This document shows, piece by piece, positions 16,351 to 24,700 of a stretch of 43,869 nt of DNA (the stretch's first letter is position 1; each line of letters starts with the position of its first letter). Position numbers and translations under genes: made by a program. The DNA comes from Deltaproteobacteria bacterium. Lineage in GTDB: Bacteria; Myxococcota_A; Bradymonadia; REDH01. The notes under the pieces are model-generated. The model worked only from the letters and a program-made list of their open reading frames with translations, did not search any database and was not told the origin of the DNA. Location of the stretch: NCBI GenBank assembly GCA_013205435.1, contig JABMMX010000165.1, forward strand, positions 1 through 43,869. Direction: 5' to 3'.

Positions 16351-18447
16351 ATGAACAGCACCTCCGACCAGAAGGTCTTTGCGCTGCTTCCGCCCGACGC
16401 CTCGTGGCTCGATGCGGCCTTCGCGGCGACCGGTTCGGTCTTCTTCGCGCTCGATGGCGCGGGCTGCATTCTGGACATCATCGGGCCGGTGCTGGAGACG
16501 CTTCATGCGGAGCCCGGACAGCTGGTTGGGAAGCAGCCCGTTTCGCTGGTGCATCCAGACGAGCGGGAGCGCTTCCTCGCTTCGCTGAAAGATGTGCATC
16601 GGTTCGACCGGATGACCCGGATCACGGGTCGCTTCTCGTTGCGCGGCAGCGACTGGCGACGCCTTCACATGGATGTCTGGCGACCAAGCGGCGTAGTCGG
16701 CGTCTCTGTGATCGGACGGTTCACGGCGGTGGTACAGAGCACGGCGCTCGAGGCCGACCTGCTCCGCGAGCGCAACCTCTTCAACCAGCTGCTGCAGCAC
16801 CTGCAGACCGCCGTCATCGTCTGCGACGCGCAGGGCAAAATCCTCATCCACAATGAGCTGCTGAACAAGCACAAGTTCGCCATCCCACCGATGACGCCGC
16901 TGGAGGTGTGGCTGCCGAAGGTCACCGCCTTCACCGATGACGGCATAACGCCGCTCGATGTGCAGCAGACACCCATCCCGCGGGCGCTCCGGGGCGAGCG
17001 GGTCGAAGATCTCCGCTTCGCCATTCAGGTGGCGCCCGACGAGATGCGCTTCCGACGGGCCTGGGGCGGGCCCATGTTCGATGCGTCGGGTGCGATGGTG
17101 GGCGCCGTCTTTGCCATCCACGACGTGACGGATCAGCGGCGTGTGGAGACAGCGCTGCTGGCGCAGGCGACCCACGACTCGCTCACCGGGCTGCCCAACC
17201 GGTCGGTCGTGCAGGAGCGGCTGCAGGCGGCGCTCGCACGGTCGCGGCGCTCGAAGACGCCGGTTGCGGTCCTCTTCATCGACCTCGACCATTTCAAGCT
17301 GGTGAACGACACCATCGACCATGCCGCAGGCGACCGGCTGCTTGTCGCTGTGGCGCAGCAGGTGCGCGCCGTCATCCGGCCCGCCGACACGCTCGTGCGG
17401 CTCGGCGGCGACGAGTTCCTCGCCATCTGCGAGAACCTCTCCGGCGTAGGCGACGCGCTGACCGTTGCAGACCGCATCCGTGCCGCAGTCACCCACGCCG
17501 TCCGCACGCTCGGCATCGAGATTCCCGTCTCAGCCAGCATCGGCATTGCGATGGCGCAGACGGGGCTCGAATCGCCCGACTCGCTCCTCACCGACGCCGA
17601 CACCGCGATGTACCGGGCCAAAGAGTCGGGGCGCGACGGCGTGGAGGTCTTTGGAGAGGAGCTGCGCGCCAAGGCGCTTGCACGCATCGAAGGGCAGCGC
17701 GGCCTCACTGCGGCCATCGAGGAGCGGCGCATCCGCACCCACTTCCAGCCCATCTTCGACGCGGCCTCGGGACGCATGGTTGGAGCGGAGGCACTCGCAC
17801 GCATCATCGACCCCGTCGTCGGGATCGTGGAGGCGGGGAGCTTCCTCGATGTGGCCGAAGAGACGGGCTTGGTCACCCAGCTCGACGACATCGTCATGCG
17901 ACAGGCGCTCGCCTTCCTCGCGGAGCGGCGGGCAGAGGGCAAACTCGACCTCTTTGTCGGCATCAACCTCAGCCTCCGCACGCTAGGTCGAGCCGATGTC
18001 GTGAGCTGGCTCGCCGAGGCCGCAGACGCGGCGGGTGTGCCCATGAACCGAATCGGTCTGGAGATCTCGGAGAGCCGCATCCTGACGGCGCCCGCCCTGC
18101 TGCACGGCACCATCGAGGCGCTCGCAGAGCGGGGCGTCCATGTGGGGCTCGACCACTTCGGTTCAGGCAACTCATCGCTGGCATTTGCCCGTCAGTGGCC
18201 GCTGGCCTTCGTGAAAATCGACCGCCTCTACGTGGCCGATGTCGGCACCAATCCACAGTCGGCGGCGATCATCGACTCGCTCATCCGCCTCGCCCATGCG
18301 CTGCGCCAGAGTGTCACCGCGCAGGGCGTGGAGACGGCAGAGCAGGCGGCGGTGCTCCGCTCGCTCGGCTGCGACTTCCTGCAGGGCTTCTATCTCTCGG
18401 AGCCCGTCTCGGCCGGCGACTGGGAGACCGACCAGAGCCAGGTCTAA
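16351..18447 (+). CDS. PAS-PAS-GGDEF-EAL c-di-GMP turnover/signalling protein
   Basis: The GGDEF domain shows 'DSLTGLPNR' and 'RPADTLVRLGGDEF' (RxxD I-site 5 aa before GGDEF). The EAL domain shows 'QPIF..GAEALARI', 'GINLS', 'GLEISES', 'LDHFGSGNSSL', 'VKIDR', 'AQGVET' and 'GCDFLQGF'. The N-terminal ~260 aa looks like two PAS-like units. Confidence 0.9.
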   Translation: MNSTSDQKVFALLPPDASWLDAAFAATGSVFFALDGAGCILDIIGPVLETLHAEPGQLVGKQPVSLVHPDERERFLASLKDVHRFDRMTRITGRFSLRGSDWRRLHMDVWRPSGVVGVSVIGRFTAVVQSTALEADLLRERNLFNQLLQHLQTAVIVCDAQGKILIHNELLNKHKFAIPPMTPLEVWLPKVTAFTDDGITPLDVQQTPIPRALRGERVEDLRFAIQVAPDEMRFRRAWGGPMFDASGAMVGAVFAIHDVTDQRRVETALLAQATHDSLTGLPNRSVVQERLQAALARSRRSKTPVAVLFIDLDHFKLVNDTIDHAAGDRLLVAVAQQVRAVIRPADTLVRLGGDEFLAICENLSGVGDALTVADRIRAAVTHAVRTLGIEIPVSASIGIAMAQTGLESPDSLLTDADTAMYRAKESGRDGVEVFGEELRAKALARIEGQRGLTAAIEERRIRTHFQPIFDAASGRMVGAEALARIIDPVVGIVEAGSFLDVAEETGLVTQLDDIVMRQALAFLAERRAEGKLDLFVGINLSLRTLGRADVVSWLAEAADAAGVPMNRIGLEISESRILTAPALLHGTIEALAERGVHVGLDHFGSGNSSLAFARQWPLAFVKIDRLYVADVGTNPQSAAIIDSLIRLAHALRQSVTAQGVETAEQAAVLRSLGCDFLQGFYLSEPVSAGDWETDQSQV

Positions 18448-19152
18448 GTGGTAGCTCTTCGCCTCGCCTTCACCGCTGACGGATGGCGCGACGCCCTCCG
18501 CTCCGCCGCCGAACATGGCGGCATCATGGGGCGTCTCGAGGGCGCGGAGCGACCCGCGCTCTATGCGCCCGTGTCCGTTACAATCATGGTGGATGGTACG
18601 GCCATCGGGACGGCAGAGGGGCAGGTGCTCACCGTCACGCCAACGGGCGACCTCGCGCTCGCCGTGGTGGCCGCGAAGCTGCCGGCGAACGAGCCGCCTG
18701 CGACCACCGGAGCAGCAGCCAGCGCGCCGCAGGGAGCCGGCGCCGACGCACCGCTCTTCAAGCAGTTTGAGAGCCTGTCGCGGCCCGAGAAGATGCACTG
18801 GGCCAAGTTCGGCTCCGAGTCGCAGCGGCGGCAGATCCTCCGCGACCGCGATGCCTCGCTCCATCCGCTCGTGCTCCAGAACGCACAGCTCGGCGGGCGG
18901 GAGCTGGCGCAGCTGCTCTCGTCCGGGAGCGTGAGCGGCCAGTTCGTGGTGGCGGTGGCAGAGCGCGACGCGCTGCACCGCGACCCGGCCGTGGTGCTGG
19001 CGCTGGTCCAGAACCCAGTGACGCCTGTTCATGTGGCGGAGCGGCTCGTCGCGCGGCTCCCGCTCGAGACGGCCAAGCGGCTCGCCAAGAGTGGCGCGCT
19101 GCGACTGCCCGTGCTTTCTGCGGCCAAGAAGCGGGCTGCCGAGCAGCGGTAA
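18448..19152 (+). CDS. Hypothetical protein: N-terminal beta-rich (possibly degenerate PilZ-like) domain plus C-terminal LRV/HEAT-like module
   Basis: The GTG start immediately follows the TAA stop of the GGDEF-EAL gene (0-nt gap). Third-position G+C is high from the first codon. The C-terminal region ('ILRDRDASLHPLVL', 'VVLALVQNPVTPVHV', 'LPLETAKRLAKSG') is homologous to the C-terminus of CDS 9396-10553. Confidence 0.6.
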   Translation: MVALRLAFTADGWRDALRSAAEHGGIMGRLEGAERPALYAPVSVTIMVDGTAIGTAEGQVLTVTPTGDLALAVVAAKLPANEPPATTGAAASAPQGAGADAPLFKQFESLSRPEKMHWAKFGSESQRRQILRDRDASLHPLVLQNAQLGGRELAQLLSSGSVSGQFVVAVAERDALHRDPAVVLALVQNPVTPVHVAERLVARLPLETAKRLAKSGALRLPVLSAAKKRAAEQR

Positions 19153-19227
19153 CCGCGCCGCAACCTTGCAGCGGCTCCGCGCAGGCTCTACCTCGGAGCG
19201 ACGCTCACCACGCTCACGGCCCTCGCA

Positions 19228-21786
19228 ATGACCCAGCGCAACCTCCTCGCCCTCGCCGCCCTCCTCGGTCTCTCGGCCTGCGCGGTCATCGAGACGAGCT
19301 CACCGACCGACGAGGGGTTGAGCGATCGTAGCTGCGATGATGGGCAGGACAACGACCAAGATGGCCTCGTCGACTGCCTCGATGACGGCTGCGCCGCCGC
19401 CCCCATCTGCCTCTTCGTAGCGGAGGACACGGGCACCGCAGACACCGCGACGGGCGGCGAAGATACCGGCGTCGCAGATGCGACGGACGACACGAACGCC
19501 GGAAGCGGCGGAGACACCGGCCTGTCTGACGGCGGCGAAGATGCAGCCGACACCGCGGCAGACAGCAGCGGCGACACCTCGTCGGACACCTCCGCAGATA
19601 CAACCGCAGACACCTCCGCAGACACAGCCGGCGACACCGGCACGCCCGCCTTCCCCTACCCCGTCCGAGACTGCCTTGGCCGCCTCTCCTTCGACCCACC
19701 GGGCAACCCCGCAACCGTCTTTGCAGCGGGCGAGTGGAACGGCTTTTCGACCAGCGCAACGCCACTCACCGACCCCGACGGCAACGGCATCTTTGAGGGT
19801 TCGGTCGCCGCTACGCCGGGCGAGTATGGCTACAAGTTCTTCATCGATGGAAGCTGGGAATGGGACGGCACCGAGGTGCCCGCATCGGTCGCTGCGGCAG
19901 GCTACGACACCAAGTGGGTCGGCGACTCCGAGAACCGGCTGCTCGCCGTCGCCGACTGCGCCACGCCCGACCTCTACACCCTCTCCGCAACCTCCGACGC
20001 CACGACCGTCGAGGTGACCGCCCAGTTCGTCGCCGCCGCAGACGGCGTGCCCCTCGACGCCGCACAGATCATCGCCACCGTCGGCAACCGCACCGTCGCC
20101 GCAGAGGTCGACGCGGAGGCCGGCACCATCCACCTCCGGACCACCGCGCTGCCGACCGGAAAGAACTCCGTCCGCATCCTCGCGGGCGACGAGTTTGGCC
20201 GCGCCGCACGCGAGCTCTTCATCCCGCTCTGGAACGAGCCGACCCCCTTCGTCTGGCAAGATGCGACGATGTACTTCGTCTTCACCGACCGCTTCGCCAA
20301 CAGCGACGCGGGGACCGCCTCGGCACCCTTCGCGCCGGTGCCGGATGTGCGGGCGGAGGCCAACTACCAGGGCGGCGACTTTGCCGGGGTCATCGAGCAG
20401 ATCGAATCGGGCTATTTCGACCGGCTCGGCGTAAACCTGCTCTGGCTCTCGCCCGTCTACGACAACCCCGACACCGACTACATCGCCACCGACGGCGTCC
20501 ACGACTTCACCGGCTTCCACGGCTACTGGCCCAACGCGGCGCGCCGCATCGAACTCCGCTTCGGCGATGACAGGGCCACCGGCGAGCAGCGCCTCCGCGA
20601 GCTCATCGCCGCGGCGCATGCCCGAGGCATCCGGGTGCTCTTCGACCTCGTGCTCAACCATGTGCACCAGGACCACGAGTATGTGAGCCGCCAACCCTCC
20701 TGGTTCACCGCTGCGCCCTGCGGCTGCACCACCTCGCCCGGGGCCTGCAACTGGGACACCAACCCCATCGGCTGCTGGTTCATCGGCTACCTCCCCGACC
20801 TCAACTACAAGAACCACGAGATCACCCAGCAGCTGGCCGAGGATGTGGCCTGGTTCGTGACCGAGTTCGATGTGGATGCCCTCCGCATCGACGCCGCCAA
20901 GCACATGGACCATGTCATCATGCGGCGCATCTCGAAGCTGCTGAAAGACCGCTTCGAGCGGGGCGGCGGCATGCCCATCTACACCGTCGGCGAGACCTTC
21001 ACGGGCCAGGACGGCCACGGCCTCATCATGAACTACGTCTCGGACTACGAGCTCCGCGCGCAGTTCGACTTCCCGCTCATGTGGCCCATCCGCGACGCCT
21101 TCGGCGGCGGTGGAACCTTCCGGAACCTCGCCGCCCGCGTGGCAGTGGGCCGAGACGCCTATGGCGCCGCCTGGGAGTGGATGAGCCCCTTCCTCGGCAA
21201 CCACGACATCCCCCGCTTCTCGCAGGTGGTCTACGCACCAGGCGGCATCGATCCGTGGGGCAATGTGCCAGACCCCATGACGGCCACCAACAGCTCCACC
21301 TGGAACGTCGTCAACCGGCTGTCTCTCGCCTTTGCCTTCACCCTCACCCAGCCCGGCCTGCCGCTCATCTACTACGGCGACGAGATCGGCCTCTACGGCG
21401 GCGGCGACCCCGACAACCGGCGCATGATGAAGTTCGGCACCGACCTCTCCGAACAGCAGGCCCGCATCCTCTCCCGCGTGCAGGCCATCGGCCGGGCCCG
21501 CGCCGACTCCACCGCTCTCCGGCGCGGCGACTACCGCGAACTCTGGGTCAACGACTCCTTCTACGCCTACGCCCGCGACGCCGGCGGTGGCGATGTGGCC
21601 ATCGTCGCCTTCAACAAGGGTGCCACGGCAACCATCTCGCCCATCTCCGTCTCCGCGCTCGGCATCGAAGGCGCCACCTTCCGCGACGCGCTCGGCGGCA
21701 CCCGCACAGCCACCGTGAGCGGCGGCAACATCTCGCTCACGCTCAACGACTGGGAGTATGTGATCCTCGTCCGCAGCGACCGCTGA
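19228..21786 (+). CDS. Lipoprotein alpha-amylase-family glycoside hydrolase (GH13) with N-terminal CBM48/E-set-like glycogen-binding domain
   Basis: The lipobox is 'LLGLSAC'. A MopE-like Cys/Asp motif 'CDDGQDNDQDGLVDC' and an acidic D/T/G/S linker follow. The E-set region shows 'YGYKFFIDGSWEWD'. GH13 regions are 'GVNLLWLSPVYDNP', 'DLVLNHV', 'ALRIDAAKHM', 'VGETF' and 'FLGNHDIPRF'. Confidence 0.9.
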   Translation: MTQRNLLALAALLGLSACAVIETSSPTDEGLSDRSCDDGQDNDQDGLVDCLDDGCAAAPICLFVAEDTGTADTATGGEDTGVADATDDTNAGSGGDTGLSDGGEDAADTAADSSGDTSSDTSADTTADTSADTAGDTGTPAFPYPVRDCLGRLSFDPPGNPATVFAAGEWNGFSTSATPLTDPDGNGIFEGSVAATPGEYGYKFFIDGSWEWDGTEVPASVAAAGYDTKWVGDSENRLLAVADCATPDLYTLSATSDATTVEVTAQFVAAADGVPLDAAQIIATVGNRTVAAEVDAEAGTIHLRTTALPTGKNSVRILAGDEFGRAARELFIPLWNEPTPFVWQDATMYFVFTDRFANSDAGTASAPFAPVPDVRAEANYQGGDFAGVIEQIESGYFDRLGVNLLWLSPVYDNPDTDYIATDGVHDFTGFHGYWPNAARRIELRFGDDRATGEQRLRELIAAAHARGIRVLFDLVLNHVHQDHEYVSRQPSWFTAAPCGCTTSPGACNWDTNPIGCWFIGYLPDLNYKNHEITQQLAEDVAWFVTEFDVDALRIDAAKHMDHVIMRRISKLLKDRFERGGGMPIYTVGETFTGQDGHGLIMNYVSDYELRAQFDFPLMWPIRDAFGGGGTFRNLAARVAVGRDAYGAAWEWMSPFLGNHDIPRFSQVVYAPGGIDPWGNVPDPMTATNSSTWNVVNRLSLAFAFTLTQPGLPLIYYGDEIGLYGGGDPDNRRMMKFGTDLSEQQARILSRVQAIGRARADSTALRRGDYRELWVNDSFYAYARDAGGGDVAIVAFNKGATATISPISVSALGIEGATFRDALGGTRTATVSGGNISLTLNDWEYVILVRSDR
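19423..19644 (+). repeat. Low-complexity acidic D/T/G/S/A linker with 12-nt quasi-repeats in the amylase gene
   Basis: Protein residues 66-139 read 'EDTGTADTATGGEDTGVADATDDTNAGSGGDTGLSDGGEDAADTAADSSGDTSSDTSADTTADTSADTAGDTGT'. The DNA shows repeated 'tccgcagacacc'-like units. Confidence 0.8.
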
Positions 21787-21787
21787 G

Positions 21788-22480
21788 ATGCAGCCAGCGC
21801 AGGCCTTCGAGCTCGGCTACCTCGCATCGGCTTCGGGCTTCTTCTTCGACGGCATGGAGGTGGTGGCCGCCGCCGCTCCAGCCGCTGGAGGCCTCGAGCC
21901 GCTGACCCACGCCTTCGCGTTGGTCTCCGATGAGGCGCTCGCGACCCGTGAGCGGATGGAGGGACTCTGCGCCCTCGTCGGCGCCGCGCACAGCGTCGCC
22001 TGGCCGCTCCCGAACGGCGTGGATGACTATCGGCTGCTCCTCACGAACGGCGTCTTCGACATCGTCAACCGCTGGTCCTACATCGCCGACGCCAAGCAGA
22101 TGGGCCGCCTGCAGGCCTGGTTCTATCTCGGCTTCGGCATCGGCCGCGCCACCTCTGTGCTGAAGGCACTGCCGCTGCTCGTGCGGCTGCGCGACACCAT
22201 CGGCGTGACCGAGCCGGTGCCCTCCATGTGCGAGAGCCTGCGCAGCCTGCTCGCAGAGGCCATCCGACAGCTCGAACTCGCTGCGCGCGAGGCCGACCTC
22301 GACGCCGTCCGTCCCGAGCTGATGGCCGTCGCCGATGCGCTCAAACCGGTCGCCATCCGGCTGCTCGGCGAGGCCGACATGCTCGCGCCTTCGCTCGATG
22401 ATGGCGAGCGGCTCGGCCTCCTCCGCGCGCTGCTCGAGCGGGCCCGCAACCCGGGCTTCGCGCCCATCCTCCGGTCGTAG
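21788..22480 (+). CDS. Hypothetical protein (no signal peptide, no recognised domain)
   Basis: The ATG lies 1 nt after the amylase stop. The 230-aa helical-looking sequence has normal composition and high third-position G+C. Confidence 0.55.
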   Translation: MQPAQAFELGYLASASGFFFDGMEVVAAAAPAAGGLEPLTHAFALVSDEALATRERMEGLCALVGAAHSVAWPLPNGVDDYRLLLTNGVFDIVNRWSYIADAKQMGRLQAWFYLGFGIGRATSVLKALPLLVRLRDTIGVTEPVPSMCESLRSLLAEAIRQLELAAREADLDAVRPELMAVADALKPVAIRLLGEADMLAPSLDDGERLGLLRALLERARNPGFAPILRS

Positions 22481-22483
22481 CGG

Positions 22484-24700
22484 CTAGAGCGCCTCGAGCC
22501 GCAGCGAACCCTTGATGAAGAGGCTCCAAGCGGAGGGATCAGTTTCGGTCGCGCCATCGAAATGGAGGCCCGAGTAGAAGACCGTCCCGGGCATCGGCTG
22601 GTAGGAGAAGAGCAGGTCCTGCGTGGCCACTTCGGCCAGGCTGTCCCACTCGTAGATGTAGCGGAAGTCGGCCGTGCGGTGGAACCAGTGCTGCAGCTTT
22701 CCGCGCAGGATGTGCTGTCGCGACAGCTCGCGGCCGCCTGCCTCGTCGAAGAGTTCGCGCGCCTGCCAGTCGAGCGTGAGCGCCATAGAGGGGAAGGGGC
22801 GGATGACGGCGTCGGCATAGGGCGAGAGCTCGAAGCCAACGCGCGCCGGGTTCGTATTGCCAGCGGCGTCGGTGCCGAGGAGCTCCTCATCACGGAGTAC
22901 GGTGTTGCCCACGCGGGCGCCGCCCTCCGCCGAGAGCCAGTCGGTGGGCTCCACGCCAGCGGCAAGCTCGGCAGCGGGCGTCTCGAGCCAGTCGCCCGTC
23001 TGCTCCTCACGCTCCCGGTTGTAGGTGACCGTCGCAAAGAGCCAGCTGCGATCGGCGGTCTGGATGTAGGTGTTGGCGCCTGTGACGCTCTCCACCTCGT
23101 TGCCCTCCATGTCCCAGTATTGCTGCTGCCAGATGCCGGGGCTGGCGTAGCTCACACGGCCCTCGCTGCTGCGGTAGTAGCCATCGAGTTTGGCCTTCAC
23201 CATCTGGAAGCCCGCCCGGTTCACGAAGCCGGCATCTGCGCGGAAGTCCTCATCGATGCGCTGCCACTGCGTCGCGAGCCGGAACTTCTTCTGCTCCCAG
23301 GTGAGCGTGGTGTTGGCCGCTGTGCCATCGGGCGCCAGGTTGCCCTGCTCGGTGTGGCTCGCTGCGAGGTCGCTCTTCAGGCGGAGGGTGGGGAGCAGAT
23401 AGAAGGAGCCGTCGACGCCCGCGACCAAGTTGGACGACTTCTCGTCGCCCGCCTCTTCCGGGTCGGCCTGCCGATAGGTCAGCGTCTGACCCACCACGTT
23501 GCGCTCACCGGCGTCGAACTGGCTCCGCTCCGCCAGCACGAAGCTCTCGCCGTCAGCGCGGCGGCGCGCAGTCTCCACATCGTAGGCGGCGATCACGCCG
23601 GCGCGGCCCGATGACCACTCCGTGAGCCCCTTCATCGCGTAGAGCGGACGGCCGATGGAGCGGGTGTAGATGAGCTGCGTCGGCAGCGTGAAGAGGTCCT
23701 GGCCCTCGAGGAAGAAGGGGCGCTTCTCCTCCAGAAACAGAGCAAAGCGGTTGTTCACCGCGAGCTGGCCCGCATCGGCCTCCACCTGCGAATAGTCGGG
23801 GTTCCAGACCGCCTCCACGCGGCTCTGCGGCTTGGGCTGCCAGAGCGCGCCGAGGCTCGGGCGAAGCGCGCCGCCCTCGGCCTCGAGACCGGTGCGGCCG
23901 AGCTCCAACCCATCGAAGGAGAAGCCACCTTCTCTGTTGGAGGCGTCCAGGGTCACAGCGGGGAAGAGCGAGAGGCCGCCGGAGCTGGAGAGACCCTTCA
24001 TGCCGCCTAGACTGCCGGCCTGCGAGAGCCGGTTGGGGAGGTCACGCTGGATACGCGACCAGACCACCGTCTGCTGGAGGTGCCAACTCGTCGCGAAGAG
24101 GTTCATACGCCAAGCGGTGCCATCCGTGGGGTGGGGCAGCGACGAGAAGGGGATCTTCGCCTCGACGGTCCAGTGGTCCGGCGAGACGGTCACGGCGGCA
24201 TCGAAGAGCGAGTCCCACGAGGGGTCGGCAGAGGCGACATCGTTCACGGTCGCATCACGGAGCTGGCCCGAGGCATTTACGATGAAGGAGTAGGCGCGCA
24301 GCCCTGTCGCGAAGGGGTCGAGCTGAAGCTCCACATAGTCGCCGCTCGGAAATCCGTCGCGGGGGCCGAGCCCGCGGTTGAGCTGCGATTCCGGGATGGC
24401 GACCTCGACGGTGAACCAGAGCGCATCAGGGGTGCGGAGAATGCGGCCCGTCACGCCAAAGCCGGCCTCGCCTTCGTCGTCGGGCGAGAAGGGCGAGAAG
24501 CCTGTGAGCGGAATCGCGTCGGCCCAGGCGCTCTCCGTGGCCTGGCCGTCGAGCGAGAGCGAAAGCTGCGCGAGCGAACCGGTGACCTTTGGTGCCGAGA
24601 TCTGGCGCGGGAGGATGGAGAGCTCCTTCATCGGCGCAGCCTCTTGGGCGGCGGCGACGACGGGGAGAAAGGCGAGCAGGGCAAAGAGAAGCGACCTCAC
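22484..24700 (-). CDS. CBM9-like / DUF5916-family secreted (probably outer-membrane beta-barrel) protein
   Basis: The signal peptide is 'MRSLLFALLAFLPVVAAAQEA'. The N-terminal region matches the CBM9/DOMON-like pattern of this family ('ESAWADAIPLTGFSPFSP', 'DYVELQLDPFATGLRAYSFIVNASGQLRDA', 'DPSWDSLFDAAV..HWTVEAKIPFSSL', 'WRMNLF'). A long beta-rich C-terminal region ends in an aromatic-rich strand. The GTG start overlaps the stop of the upstream gene (GTGA). Confidence 0.75.
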   Translation of the reverse strand: MRSLLFALLAFLPVVAAAQEAAPMKELSILPRQISAPKVTGSLAQLSLSLDGQATESAWADAIPLTGFSPFSPDDEGEAGFGVTGRILRTPDALWFTVEVAIPESQLNRGLGPRDGFPSGDYVELQLDPFATGLRAYSFIVNASGQLRDATVNDVASADPSWDSLFDAAVTVSPDHWTVEAKIPFSSLPHPTDGTAWRMNLFATSWHLQQTVVWSRIQRDLPNRLSQAGSLGGMKGLSSSGGLSLFPAVTLDASNREGGFSFDGLELGRTGLEAEGGALRPSLGALWQPKPQSRVEAVWNPDYSQVEADAGQLAVNNRFALFLEEKRPFFLEGQDLFTLPTQLIYTRSIGRPLYAMKGLTEWSSGRAGVIAAYDVETARRRADGESFVLAERSQFDAGERNVVGQTLTYRQADPEEAGDEKSSNLVAGVDGSFYLLPTLRLKSDLAASHTEQGNLAPDGTAANTTLTWEQKKFRLATQWQRIDEDFRADAGFVNRAGFQMVKAKLDGYYRSSEGRVSYASPGIWQQQYWDMEGNEVESVTGANTYIQTADRSWLFATVTYNREREEQTGDWLETPAAELAAGVEPTDWLSAEGGARVGNTVLRDEELLGTDAAGNTNPARVGFELSPYADAVIRPFPSMALTLDWQARELFDEAGGRELSRQHILRGKLQHWFHRTADFRYIYEWDSLAEVATQDLLFSYQPMPGTVFYSGLHFDGATETDPSAWSLFIKGSLRLEAL

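Noticed and set aside
18487-18609. 'RDALR' (RxxxR) and 'DGTAIG' (DxTxxG) in the N-terminus of CDS 18448-19152, considered as canonical PilZ c-di-GMP-binding motifs.
   Set aside because: When the strand pattern is aligned to PilZ domains, the D/NxSxxG position corresponds to 'AEHGG', not 'DGTAIG'. No N-terminal arm precedes the barrel that could carry RxxxR. The two matches are probably coincidental, so the domain is at best a degenerate PilZ.
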